DNA of 25,585 nt, from the IMG/VR virus record IMGVR_UViG_3300020044_001386, positions 1-25,585 of that record; one strand, 5' to 3'. Source of the DNA: a virus (taxonomy: Duplodnaviria > Caudoviricetes). The notes under the pieces are model-generated. The model was not told the origin of the DNA, did no database searches, and saw only the letters and a program-made list of their open reading frames with translations. Below, piece after piece: positions 15,624 to 23,587 of the stretch (positions are counted from its first letter, which is position 1; every line of letters starts with the position of its first letter). Made by a program: the position numbers and the translations under genes.

Positions 15624-15858
15624 TTCGTTGTTCCTTCATGAACTCGTCCAGCTTTGCATCAAGGCGGTCGAGCCGTTGGATCACCCGGTTCATGTCGTTG
15701 TGGACATCGGCCTTGGTGACATACTCTTTGGGCATTTCTTCCCGAGTTTTGTTGAGCAGAATTTGAACGCGCTTGAGTTCCTCGTGCACGCTCCTGACCC
15801 ACATCAGGATCAAAGCAAATGCAAAAGTCAGCACCACGTTCCAAAGCATAATTTCCAT
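15610..15858 (-). CDS. Small single-TM plus coiled-coil protein
   Basis: N-terminal TM (LWNVVLTFAFALILMWV), then a coiled coil (EYVTKADV...IQRLDRLDAKLDEF). Confidence 0.7.
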   Translation of the reverse strand: MEIMLWNVVLTFAFALILMWVRSVHEELKRVQILLNKTREEMPKEYVTKADVHNDMNRVIQRLDRLDAKLDEFMKEQRSALS

Positions 15859-15859
15859 G

Positions 15860-16114
15860 TCAGCACTTCCATCGCGCCAGTGAAGCAGCTTTACGAGTAG
15901 GCTTACCCTTCTCGTCTTTCATCGGCCCCGGCATACCAGACATACGAGCGCAGAACGAGTCCTTGCGCTTGCCGCCTTGAGGCTGGGGGGCTTTGAGGTT
16001 GCTGCCTGTCGCAGCGTTGTACTTGGCACGGCCTTTGGCGGTCAACCCCGCACCTTTGGATGCGGGGAGTTTCTCGCCACGACCAATTGCAAGGGATGGG
16101 GTCTTCTTAGCCAT
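15860..16114 (-). CDS. Small basic conserved phage protein
   Basis: GLTAKGRAKYN...LKAP...RKDSFCARMSG...SLARWKC. Confidence 0.8.
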   Translation of the reverse strand: MAKKTPSLAIGRGEKLPASKGAGLTAKGRAKYNAATGSNLKAPQPQGGKRKDSFCARMSGMPGPMKDEKGKPTRKAASLARWKC

Positions 16115-16403
16115 AGAACACCGTGAGTCCGGTTAACGAGCCAACACTCAACGTCAGGTTCAATCCACTAGACGCCAAGATACCTTCGCCGGGGATGAGG
16201 ATATACGTGGAGTTTGGTGTGCCAAGACTCGCAATATCCATTGTGAACAAAACTGGAGCCGTAGCACTACCATCACGAATTTCAAATGTGCAAGCGGTGC
16301 TTACGGCTGGCGTAAGGATGAAACCTTTGAGTCGTGTACGACCTGCGTAAAACGACCCAGCGGTACTGCGGTGCGCTGACTTAACGTCGGTTTGCATACC
16401 CAT
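16107..16403 (-). CDS. Small beta-rich virion protein
   Basis: Start taken at ATG 16403 (AAGGAG 7 nt upstream); MQTDVKS...TRLKG...IPGEGILA...TVFYG. Confidence 0.7.
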   Translation of the reverse strand: MGMQTDVKSAHRSTAGSFYAGRTRLKGFILTPAVSTACTFEIRDGSATAPVLFTMDIASLGTPNSTYILIPGEGILASSGLNLTLSVGSLTGLTVFYG

Positions 16404-16417
16404 AATCAATCTCCTTT

Positions 16418-16438
16418 AGAACAAGGGGCCGAAGCCCC
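16418..16438 (-). terminator. Hairpin GGGGC-UUCG-GCCCC followed by UUGUUCU; weak intrinsic terminator or stabilising hairpin
   Basis: Stem 16434-16438/16425-16429 with a cUUCGg tetraloop on the minus strand, 8 nt after the stop of 16447..16911; the U-tract is imperfect. Confidence 0.6.
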
Positions 16439-16446
16439 GAGGTTGA

Positions 16447-16911
16447 TTACTGTTGCTGCGGAGTGGGGTTAGCCGACCCATCGGAATCACGTACAACGTA
16501 ACTGACGATGATGGTCGCTGCGCCCGTAGTGAGTGCGGTACCCGCCAAGGTGTAGGCGACGACAGCATCGGTAGAACCGACGTTCAGCCAACCACCGGGG
16601 GTAGTTGCGTTTGGGGTTAGGTATGTACCGCCCACGCTGGTAATGGTGCCAGTCGTGGTGAAATCTGTGCCGCCAATGCTCAGTTTGGCAGTTGTTGCTG
16701 CGCTGAACACGGTAGTGGTGACAACATCTACACTGATGATTTGTGCGCCAGCAGGCAGCACAAATGCGGTGCCAGTCAGGGTGCCAAAAACGACGTTGGC
16801 AGACTGGGACACAACGGTAGCGCCCATGTTGCGAATCTGACCAGCAGTGGTGCCAGTGGTGTTTTTAACGGTGCCCAAGAGCCAAGGGCCAAGGTGAGTT
16901 GCAAATCCCAT
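16447..16911 (-). CDS. Virion structural protein (possible capsid decoration/fibre)
   Basis: 154 aa, Thr/Ala/Gly-rich (MGFATHLGPW...LPAGAQIISVDV); AAGGA RBS; first gene after the capsid terminator. Confidence 0.7.
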   Translation of the reverse strand: MGFATHLGPWLLGTVKNTTGTTAGQIRNMGATVVSQSANVVFGTLTGTAFVLPAGAQIISVDVVTTTVFSAATTAKLSIGGTDFTTTGTITSVGGTYLTPNATTPGGWLNVGSTDAVVAYTLAGTALTTGAATIIVSYVVRDSDGSANPTPQQQ

Positions 16912-16921
16912 GATTTTTCCT

Positions 16922-16991
16922 TCATGCAGTTAAGGTGTATCAATCTTGCATGACGCCTGCCGGGACAGTTTGATACACCGGAAAATCCCGG
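16922..16991 (-). ncRNA. Putative structured cis-regulatory RNA (kissing-loop/double pseudoknot) in the leader of 16447..16911
   Basis: Three interleaved perfect helices: P1 16991-16986/16965-16960 (6 bp), P2 16979-16970/16943-16934 (10 bp), P3 16953-16947/16928-16922 (7 bp). Confidence 0.6.
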
Positions 16992-17011
16992 TTGGTGTCA
17001 ATATACACCAA

Positions 17012-17048
17012 ACAAAATAAAAAGGGGGGATCACTCCCCCCTTTTTAT
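17012..17048 (-). terminator. Intrinsic terminator after the major capsid gene (bidirectional-looking)
   Basis: Perfect 14-bp inverted repeat ATAAAAAGGGGGGA-tcac-TCCCCCCTTTTTAT (17017-17048); minus strand continues UUUUUAUUUUGUUU after the GC stem. Confidence 0.9.
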
Positions 17049-17959
17049 CAGGACGAACCGGGTGAGCCGTAGATGCCCAGCGGATCAGAGACACCGAAGC
17101 TGTAACGCTCACGGGCCTTGTAACGGACGTTGCCTGTGTCGAAGTCGCCGTCCATGCTGGTAGACAGCGGAGTACGGACAAAGTGCTTCAGACCGTTAGG
17201 CACATCAGTCATCAGGAACCAAGCGTTTGTGTCGGTCAAGAAGTGGTTGACGCGATACCCTTCAGGGATCGAACCGTTGTTCTTGATAGCGTTGACATCG
17301 TTGTCAGTGGTACCAACGCGCAGTTCTGTTTCCAGCAGGCGGGTAGCAACGAACATCAGGCTCGGGGGAACAACCAACTTCTTGGGTTTGGCGGCAATCA
17401 GCAGACCACGTTCGTCTGTCCAAGCAGCGATCTGAATAACAGCGTTTTCCAACGATGTTTCGTTCAGGTCGGCAGCGGTAGAAGGACGGTTGCTGTTGGT
17501 ACCACCAGACACCAGCGGGTGCGCAGTCGAGAACAAGCTCACGCCGTCACCGTAAGTTACGGCAGCGGTAAAACCATTGTTCAAGATCGAAGCAGCTTTC
17601 ACCTGTTTGGTGTAAGCCATAGCACGAGCCAGCGACTTGGTATAACGTGACGACAGGCTGTCGTACAAGTTATCTTCCATAGCTTCTTCGGTGACCGAGA
17701 AGCCCATCGCAATGGTTTCGTGGTTGTAACGAGCAGTCCATGCTTCCTGCGCATTGTCATACGCAATTGCAGAACCTTCGTTCTTCACTGGAGCAGCGGA
17801 GAAACCAGCCAATTTGGTTTCTTCTTCAAAAGAACGCTCAGAAGTCTCGGTTTCGTAGATTTCTTTGTGTTCTTCGCCGTAACGCTCATATTCCATACCA
17901 AACAGCGCGTTCAAGCCGGGCAGGAGTTCTTTCAAAAGTTGGGCGCGTGAAATAGCCAT
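17048..17959 (-). CDS. Major capsid protein (HK97 fold, Mu gpT-like family)
   Basis: MAISRAQLLKELLPGLNALFG...SERSFEEE...EDNLY...GDGVSLFSTAHP...KKLVVP...AWFL...RERYSFG; TAAGGAG RBS; followed by a strong terminator. Confidence 0.9.
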   Translation of the reverse strand: MAISRAQLLKELLPGLNALFGMEYERYGEEHKEIYETETSERSFEEETKLAGFSAAPVKNEGSAIAYDNAQEAWTARYNHETIAMGFSVTEEAMEDNLYDSLSSRYTKSLARAMAYTKQVKAASILNNGFTAAVTYGDGVSLFSTAHPLVSGGTNSNRPSTAADLNETSLENAVIQIAAWTDERGLLIAAKPKKLVVPPSLMFVATRLLETELRVGTTDNDVNAIKNNGSIPEGYRVNHFLTDTNAWFLMTDVPNGLKHFVRTPLSTSMDGDFDTGNVRYKARERYSFGVSDPLGIYGSPGSS

Positions 17960-17975
17960 TTTATGTTACTCCTTA

Positions 17976-18821
17976 TTAAGCCACACCGAGGCCAGCATAG
18001 TACGCATGTTGACCGAAGTTGATCTTGATCAACATTTCGGGGTATTGCGTAAACACAATAGTCGCACCAGAGGGGATTTCGCTACCAGCCGTAGAACTCA
18101 AAATAGCTTGGTTGATAGTGATCGAAGTTGCACCAGCAGCGGCGGCGGTGGTTACAAACGAACCAGTCGCTACGTTTTGACCGTTAGAGGCGATGAAAGA
18201 CACGTCAGTACCAGCAACAATCGCGCTAGGCAGGCCAGAGCCAGTCAGTGTGATGGTGGTGGTGCTGGACGAACCAGTAGCCGAAACGGACTGCGCAGTT
18301 TCCTTGACCGTATCCAAGAAACGGATTGGGAAAGTTGCGGTGGTTGCTGGGGTAGCCGTAAAGCCTTGGATGGCGTTTGCGGAGTTGCCAGTGTTGGTAT
18401 TGCCAGTGTTGTTGATCATCTGACCGTTCTGACCAATCAAGGCTTCAGAACCAGAGCCAATCACGGTAGTACCGGAGCACACGACTGCTTTGAACACTGT
18501 GTCAGGATCATCACAAACAATAGCCACTGCGTCACCAGCAGCCAGCGAACCGGGCCAGTATTGCGAGAAGGTCTTCTGTTTGGTCACCGGATTGGTGTAC
18601 GAACAGCCAAGAAACACACCAACCAAACCAGAAGCGCCAGAGGAAGTGACCGATTGACGGTTGATGCCGCCACGGGTCAACTTCACAAAGTCACCGTAGA
18701 AGATGGCTGTGGTGTAGTCATAGGGAATTGCGTATTCACGGGTAGAACCCGCAAATACCTGACCACCGATCAGGTTGATCGGTTTCAGCCCGTAAGGGGC
18801 ATCAACGATGGGATAAGCCAT
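17976..18821 (-). CDS. Putative capsid cement/decoration protein with Thr/Ser-rich insert
   Basis: APYGLKP...IFYGDFV...GVFLGCSY...DDPDTVF; sits between scaffold-region genes and the MCP; AAGGAG RBS. Confidence 0.6.
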   Translation of the reverse strand: MAYPIVDAPYGLKPINLIGGQVFAGSTREYAIPYDYTTAIFYGDFVKLTRGGINRQSVTSSGASGLVGVFLGCSYTNPVTKQKTFSQYWPGSLAAGDAVAIVCDDPDTVFKAVVCSGTTVIGSGSEALIGQNGQMINNTGNTNTGNSANAIQGFTATPATTATFPIRFLDTVKETAQSVSATGSSSTTTITLTGSGLPSAIVAGTDVSFIASNGQNVATGSFVTTAAAAGATSITINQAILSSTAGSEIPSGATIVFTQYPEMLIKINFGQHAYYAGLGVA

Positions 18822-18837
18822 TTAAGACTCCTTAAAA

Positions 18838-19305
18838 TTAAAAACCTTTGCCAAAGGAAACGCTCGATTTTCTGTCCGAGAACAGAGGCATACGAGGGTC
18901 GTTGTCGCGCAAGAAGCTGTTGTCAACAGATTGCATCTGAGTGTCCGCTTGTTTACGGAACCAAGCATCACGCTGTTCAACCATTTCGGTAGGGGTCTTG
19001 CACAGCATCAAACCACCAATGACGATGTTGTCCTTAAACTGACCGTTGGGGTCAATGAAAGTCTGAATCTCAGGGTGATCAGAAGCGCGTACAGGTTCCC
19101 AACCTTCGCGGAGTTTGGACGAGATATTCATGGGATCGTTCTGGCCTTGAGTGGCAATGCGAATCCAACGGTATTCCCAGCCATCTTGTGGCTTGGGATC
19201 AGGAAGCAGTGTAGGAGGTGCCCAAGTACGGGTTCGCACCGTGTTTTCACGGGAGTCTTGGTCACGATCTGCACGATTTTGTTGGGTCAATTTGTTCTCA
19301 GCCAT
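18838..19305 (-). CDS. Conserved head-module hypothetical protein
   Basis: WAPPTLLPDP..GWEYRWIR...REGWEPV...GGLMLCKTP; TAATG-coupled to the scaffold gene. Confidence 0.8.
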   Translation of the reverse strand: MAENKLTQQNRADRDQDSRENTVRTRTWAPPTLLPDPKPQDGWEYRWIRIATQGQNDPMNISSKLREGWEPVRASDHPEIQTFIDPNGQFKDNIVIGGLMLCKTPTEMVEQRDAWFRKQADTQMQSVDNSFLRDNDPRMPLFSDRKSSVSFGKGF

Positions 19306-20297
19306 TATTCGTTCCTCATTCCTTCTGCGACTTTTTTCGCGTAAAGCTCAAGTGGAATCCCGAGCCGCTTGGCAATACTCACTGCACTGGGCGTCAGCAC
19401 GACTTTTCGAGGCGCTGTGCTGCGCGTTGCTGGAGCAACTACCGTTGAGCGACGAGTGGGTTTTTCATTGCCACCGTTGCCATCCTGAAATTTTTCAGGG
19501 AACTTCTCGCGCATACGAGCGTCGATACGCTCATAGTACGTGTCGGATCGGGGATCAATTCCCTCCTCCTCAACCAGCTTCTCGTGCACTGCGAGAGCGA
19601 GGCTGGTCATTTCCCGATCTTTGTTGAACCAGCGGTTTCGTTCAGCCCACGACACCGCTTTTTCATCTCGATTGGGTGCCCCACTCGCAGGAACTTGGGG
19701 CGTCGGAACCTGTTGTACCGCATTTTGTTGAGGTTGTAAAGCTCTGGGACGAAAATTGTTAATTCGCTCCGCTTTGAGCTTGGCTGTCATCAGTTCATCT
19801 TGGGCGGTAGTAACTGCGTCCCCGTCACCTGACTCATACGCAGCTTTGTACTTGCGCTTGGCCTCCTCCAACTCCTTGGCGACAACCGTCTTGGCTTGCT
19901 CAATAAGAAGTTTTTGGTTGTTGGTGGCGCTGCCCTTGAGTTGCTCGTTCTCTTGCAAGATACGCTGGGCGATAGAGAGTGCCTCCTCGCGCTCACGTTC
20001 AGCACGCTCCTTGGCGCGGCGCTCCTCATGATAGCCCTTGTTCAGGTGTGCCAAGCGGTCACGCAGCTTGACATCCTTGTACTTCATGAGTTCTTCTTCG
20101 GTGACCTCTTCCGGGGCTTCGGTCATCGGTTTGCGGTTGCGGTCTTTCTCAGGAGTGTCGTCCTTGACCTCAACCTTTACAGGAGTGTCATCATCGCCTT
20201 CAACGATGATCTCCAGTTTTTCGTCGTCCTTGTCTTTGTCCTTACCAACGACATTCTCGTCGGGGAACTTGAAAGACTCTTTTTCAAATTCAGCCAT
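19305..20297 (-). CDS. Capsid scaffolding protein
   Basis: Acidic N-terminus, long coiled coil, short C-terminal helical motif LTPSAVSIAKRLGIPLELYAK; located between portal and MCP. Confidence 0.7.
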   Translation of the reverse strand: MAEFEKESFKFPDENVVGKDKDKDDEKLEIIVEGDDDTPVKVEVKDDTPEKDRNRKPMTEAPEEVTEEELMKYKDVKLRDRLAHLNKGYHEERRAKERAEREREEALSIAQRILQENEQLKGSATNNQKLLIEQAKTVVAKELEEAKRKYKAAYESGDGDAVTTAQDELMTAKLKAERINNFRPRALQPQQNAVQQVPTPQVPASGAPNRDEKAVSWAERNRWFNKDREMTSLALAVHEKLVEEEGIDPRSDTYYERIDARMREKFPEKFQDGNGGNEKPTRRSTVVAPATRSTAPRKVVLTPSAVSIAKRLGIPLELYAKKVAEGMRNE

Positions 20298-20299
20298 GA

Positions 20300-20572
20300 T
20301 TACTCCTTAACTGCGGTTGAGGCTTTTAACGCCAAAATTTCACGCTTTTGAACAGCAATTTCAATCTTTAGATTGGAACGCTCATCAAGCAAGCCTTTAA
20401 TAATTTCAAGGTGCTCTTTGTGACGAGCCTCCATGATGTTGACGAGTTTTTGGAAATCAATCCCCCAGAAACTCATTTTTTGCATCAAAAGATTGGCGTT
20501 GTACCAAACATGGTCGGCGGTAATGCCTTCCACTTGTATGGCATCTTTTATGTCAAAGACTCCTGTGTTCAT
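20300..20572 (-). CDS. Hypothetical protein with C-terminal coiled coil
   Basis: 90 aa; TAAGGAG RBS; fills the gap between the GroES-like and scaffold genes. Confidence 0.65.
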   Translation of the reverse strand: MNTGVFDIKDAIQVEGITADHVWYNANLLMQKMSFWGIDFQKLVNIMEARHKEHLEIIKGLLDERSNLKIEIAVQKREILALKASTAVKE

Positions 20573-20581
20573 GCAAGCTCC

Positions 20582-20992
20582 TTAGTAAGCGCGTTCGATG
20601 CCTCGGGGGTCTTCCACGACAGCTTCCACTGAATCATCATTGATCAAGCGGAACTCGGTGCCGTGAATCTTGAAGCGGGTGCCTGTGTTGGCGCGGCACA
20701 TCACAAAGTCACCTTTCTTGCACCACGGGCCGCTGGGGAAGCGTTCTTTGTCTGAGTAGCACATCTCGCCCATGTCTACAACAAACAACACGTTTGTGAG
20801 AAGTTGTTCATGGTTGATCATGGTGCTGGTTTTGTACAGCAGCCCAGACTCGCCAACAGTCTCCTCAATGGGCGGCAACGTGACCAGAATCTTGAAGCCT
20901 TTGGGTTTGGGCAATTGCTTGGCCTTGTCCTCCTTGGGCTTGTTCAAAATCCCGGACAGGTCAATCGCCTGTTCAGCTAGAAACTCACTCAT
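20582..20992 (-). CDS. GroES-like co-chaperonin (Cpn10)
   Basis: LPKPKGFKILV...SGLLY...VVDMG...GPWCKKGDFV...GTRFKIHGTEFRLINDDSVEAVV matches the Cpn10 pattern; the second ATG (20992) has better RBS spacing than 20995. Confidence 0.85.
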   Translation of the reverse strand: MSEFLAEQAIDLSGILNKPKEDKAKQLPKPKGFKILVTLPPIEETVGESGLLYKTSTMINHEQLLTNVLFVVDMGEMCYSDKERFPSGPWCKKGDFVMCRANTGTRFKIHGTEFRLINDDSVEAVVEDPRGIERAY

Positions 20993-21182
20993 CATCTCTC
21001 TCCTTTACTCGTTCCAAGAGGTCTTCAATGTTTTGGTTTGCGTGGAGGAGACCTCTCAAAACTCCACAAACCTCGCGGTACTCCGCATAATCTTTACAGG
21101 CTCCCGAGCCAAGATGTTCCAGCAGTTCTTGTCGCCGCTGGTTACCCTTGTCCATCAACAGTTTCATCACTCTTTCGTCCAT
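20985..21182 (-). CDS. Small conserved helical protein after the portal
   Basis: 65 aa, DYAEYREVCGVLRGL; AAGGAG RBS within the portal 3' end. Confidence 0.75.
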   Translation of the reverse strand: MDERVMKLLMDKGNQRRQELLEHLGSGACKDYAEYREVCGVLRGLLHANQNIEDLLERVKERDDE

Positions 21183-21185
21183 CGT

Positions 21186-23576
21186 TTACTCTCCTTTTGA
21201 CTTTGCTGCAAGCGTGGCTTCGATCTGTGCGACACGCAGGTTTGCGTCCACCCCAACCTTGTCCTTGCTGACCTGAATTTTCTCTTGCTCCAGACGCAGT
21301 TTCTCGCGTGCGAGGTCGGCGTCTTGCGCGTCTTTTGCAACTTTGCGCTGTATATCTTTGTCCTTGAGTTGCATCTCGGCTTGCTGGAGTTGCACCAGTG
21401 GGTCTTGCGCTTGCTGCTGTGCTTGCTGCTGTGCAGCTTGGCCTTGGTGAACTTGCAGAAGTTGCTGGGCGGCTTGTGCCACCAGACGCGACAACTGCAC
21501 TTCCATCTCGGGTGGCATCTCGGTGTCGGGGGCAGGCATAGACACGCCCACGCGCTCTTCGATCTGCTTGCGGTAGCTGTAACCCAAGTGCTCGGCAATG
21601 TGTGCTTGCAGCGCGGCGAACAGCATCTGCGCCTTCGGGTTCTGACCCATCTGCTGCGCAATCATCGGGTCTTTCATAAACGAAGAGTGCGTGGCAATGT
21701 GCGCGTCATGATCTTGGTAGATGAACGCCTTGACGGGCTTGCCGTTGAGCGCAGCCATGTTCTCGCTGATCGGATCGACGGGCTTCATGTCATCATCGAC
21801 GGGCACCAGCTTGTCGGCGTTCTTCACGCCCAGCACCTCAATCATCTGACGGTGCAACACAGGCAGGTCATAAATCTGTGGCGCTTGGCTTGCCAACTGC
21901 AACACCGCTTGGTACTGCATGATGCGCTGGGCCATCGTGCTGCTGTTGGGGTCAGACACGGGGATCACGTCCACCAAGTCGTAGTCGCTCTGCTTGATCT
22001 CACGATCCTTCGTGAAGTCAGGGGTGTAGCTGTACTCCTCGGGGGTGTAGTCGCGGATGATCTCTTTGAGCAGTTTGAACTCTTGGCGCATGGCACTGTG
22101 CACACGCGCCTGCACAGCACCCATCGTTTTGAGTTGCCGCTCCAGCAACGCGAGGGTGGTACCCACGGGTGCGTTGGCGCTCATGTCACTCACCTGCATG
22201 TCAGCGATAGAGCCAAGGCGACGAGCCTCTGCGGTGATCTTTTCCAACAGCCCCGCCAGAACCTGTGACGGCTCCTTGTACGGCAGCGTCATGATGTTGT
22301 CTTTGATTGCGCCGCTCGGCACATCTACGTCACGGAACTCGCCCGGAGCGATAGGTGTGTCGTCACCCTTGATACGGGCACCGCGAGTCTTCAGACCACC
22401 GGGGAGATTAGACAGAGTGCCAGCATCAACAAGCTGGCGAATGATGGAAGTACCTGCGCGTGCATAGCCACCCACGAGGTGCACGAGTCCAATACCGTAG
22501 ACACCAAAGCCCGGAATGTAGTTGTACTGCGCAAAGTGCTGACGCTTGAGGTGGAGTTCATCTTCTTCCTTCCAGTTGCGGCGAATTGCCAAAACTTCCT
22601 TGGTACCGCGCTCGTACGTGATCACGTATGGCAGTGCAATACCGTCTTCATCCTCATACCCCGGCAGGTCGTAGTCAACGTGGACTTCAGCGAACTGATA
22701 GCGGTCGTCATCTTGGGTGATGGAGAAGCCTTGCTCCTCGGCCTTTTTCTTCTCGATGTCGGTGCTGATGTTGACAGGATCGCCCAGATCAACGTCACGA
22801 TAAAAGCCCGCCACTTGGAGCTTCTTCACATCGTTCTTGGTCTTGCGCATCAGGTGGGTGACGCGCTCGGCGGTCTCAATCTGAGACGCGCCGTAAGGGA
22901 TGATGATGTCCTCTGCTGGCACGAACATAGACACCTGACGACCCAGACCGGGGTCGTAGTACACCTTCTTGAACGCAGCACCAGCTAGGCCCAAGTTAAA
23001 CAGCATGCGCTCGTGCTCGGAGCGGTACTCCACCATCTTCTCGGTCAACTGATAGTTCATGTCCACACGGACACGCTCGGCAGCTTCTTCTTTCAACTTG
23101 TCGATAGCGCCCACAATCTCAGTCTTCACAGGGCCAGCGGCGGGGAAAGTTTCCATGATTGTTTCTGACTGGAAGCGGATAGCGGCTTCAGCCAACAGCG
23201 TGGAGAACACCCCACACGCGCCGTCCCACGGCTCAGTGCGCTGCTCGTAGCGCATCCCCAGAACTTCCAGCCCTTTGACGAATGTGTCTGCCCAGTCCTT
23301 GCGACTGTTGATGTCGGCAGTAATCAAGTCTTCAAGGTCTTCTGCAATCGAGGACAAGTCTCCTTCACTCATCTCTTCAGCGAGGTTGGCGTCAAACTCG
23401 CCACCTTCTTCAGGGTCATCGGTCAGCGTGATCTCCACACTGCCGTCATCAAGTGTGACTTGCTCGGGATTGACGATCTCAATCTCCAAGGGGCTACCAC
23501 CCCCCATAGTAAGAACCTCTTCCTCTATACCCGTCGGGGCTGAATACAACCCTTTGTCCATTGAATCCGTAGCCAT
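21186..23576 (-). CDS. Portal protein with long C-terminal Gln-rich helical extension
   Basis: 796 aa directly after the terminase; SRKDW, FQSETIMETFPAAGPVKT, GAAFKKVYYD, RQLVDAGTLSNLPGG; Q-rich coiled tail like the P22 portal barrel. Confidence 0.85.
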   Translation of the reverse strand: MATDSMDKGLYSAPTGIEEEVLTMGGGSPLEIEIVNPEQVTLDDGSVEITLTDDPEEGGEFDANLAEEMSEGDLSSIAEDLEDLITADINSRKDWADTFVKGLEVLGMRYEQRTEPWDGACGVFSTLLAEAAIRFQSETIMETFPAAGPVKTEIVGAIDKLKEEAAERVRVDMNYQLTEKMVEYRSEHERMLFNLGLAGAAFKKVYYDPGLGRQVSMFVPAEDIIIPYGASQIETAERVTHLMRKTKNDVKKLQVAGFYRDVDLGDPVNISTDIEKKKAEEQGFSITQDDDRYQFAEVHVDYDLPGYEDEDGIALPYVITYERGTKEVLAIRRNWKEEDELHLKRQHFAQYNYIPGFGVYGIGLVHLVGGYARAGTSIIRQLVDAGTLSNLPGGLKTRGARIKGDDTPIAPGEFRDVDVPSGAIKDNIMTLPYKEPSQVLAGLLEKITAEARRLGSIADMQVSDMSANAPVGTTLALLERQLKTMGAVQARVHSAMRQEFKLLKEIIRDYTPEEYSYTPDFTKDREIKQSDYDLVDVIPVSDPNSSTMAQRIMQYQAVLQLASQAPQIYDLPVLHRQMIEVLGVKNADKLVPVDDDMKPVDPISENMAALNGKPVKAFIYQDHDAHIATHSSFMKDPMIAQQMGQNPKAQMLFAALQAHIAEHLGYSYRKQIEERVGVSMPAPDTEMPPEMEVQLSRLVAQAAQQLLQVHQGQAAQQQAQQQAQDPLVQLQQAEMQLKDKDIQRKVAKDAQDADLAREKLRLEQEKIQVSKDKVGVDANLRVAQIEATLAAKSKGE

Positions 23577-23587
23577 GTTTTATCCTT

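Noticed and set aside
16995-17000. Perfect TTGACA on the minus strand as a sigma70 -35 box
   Set aside because: No acceptable -10 hexamer 16-18 nt downstream (GTGTAT/TGTATC).
16930-17181. 83-aa minus ORF overlapping the MCP end as a frameshift extension
   Set aside because: It runs through a strong terminator and the structured leader, and I see no clear slippery site before the MCP stop.
18006-18992. Long plus-strand ORFs (e.g. 18006..18992, 21285..22268, 1665..2471, 23861..24619, 9822..10565)
   Set aside because: They lie antisense to well-supported minus-strand genes and have no recognisable motifs; typical shadow ORFs from codon bias.
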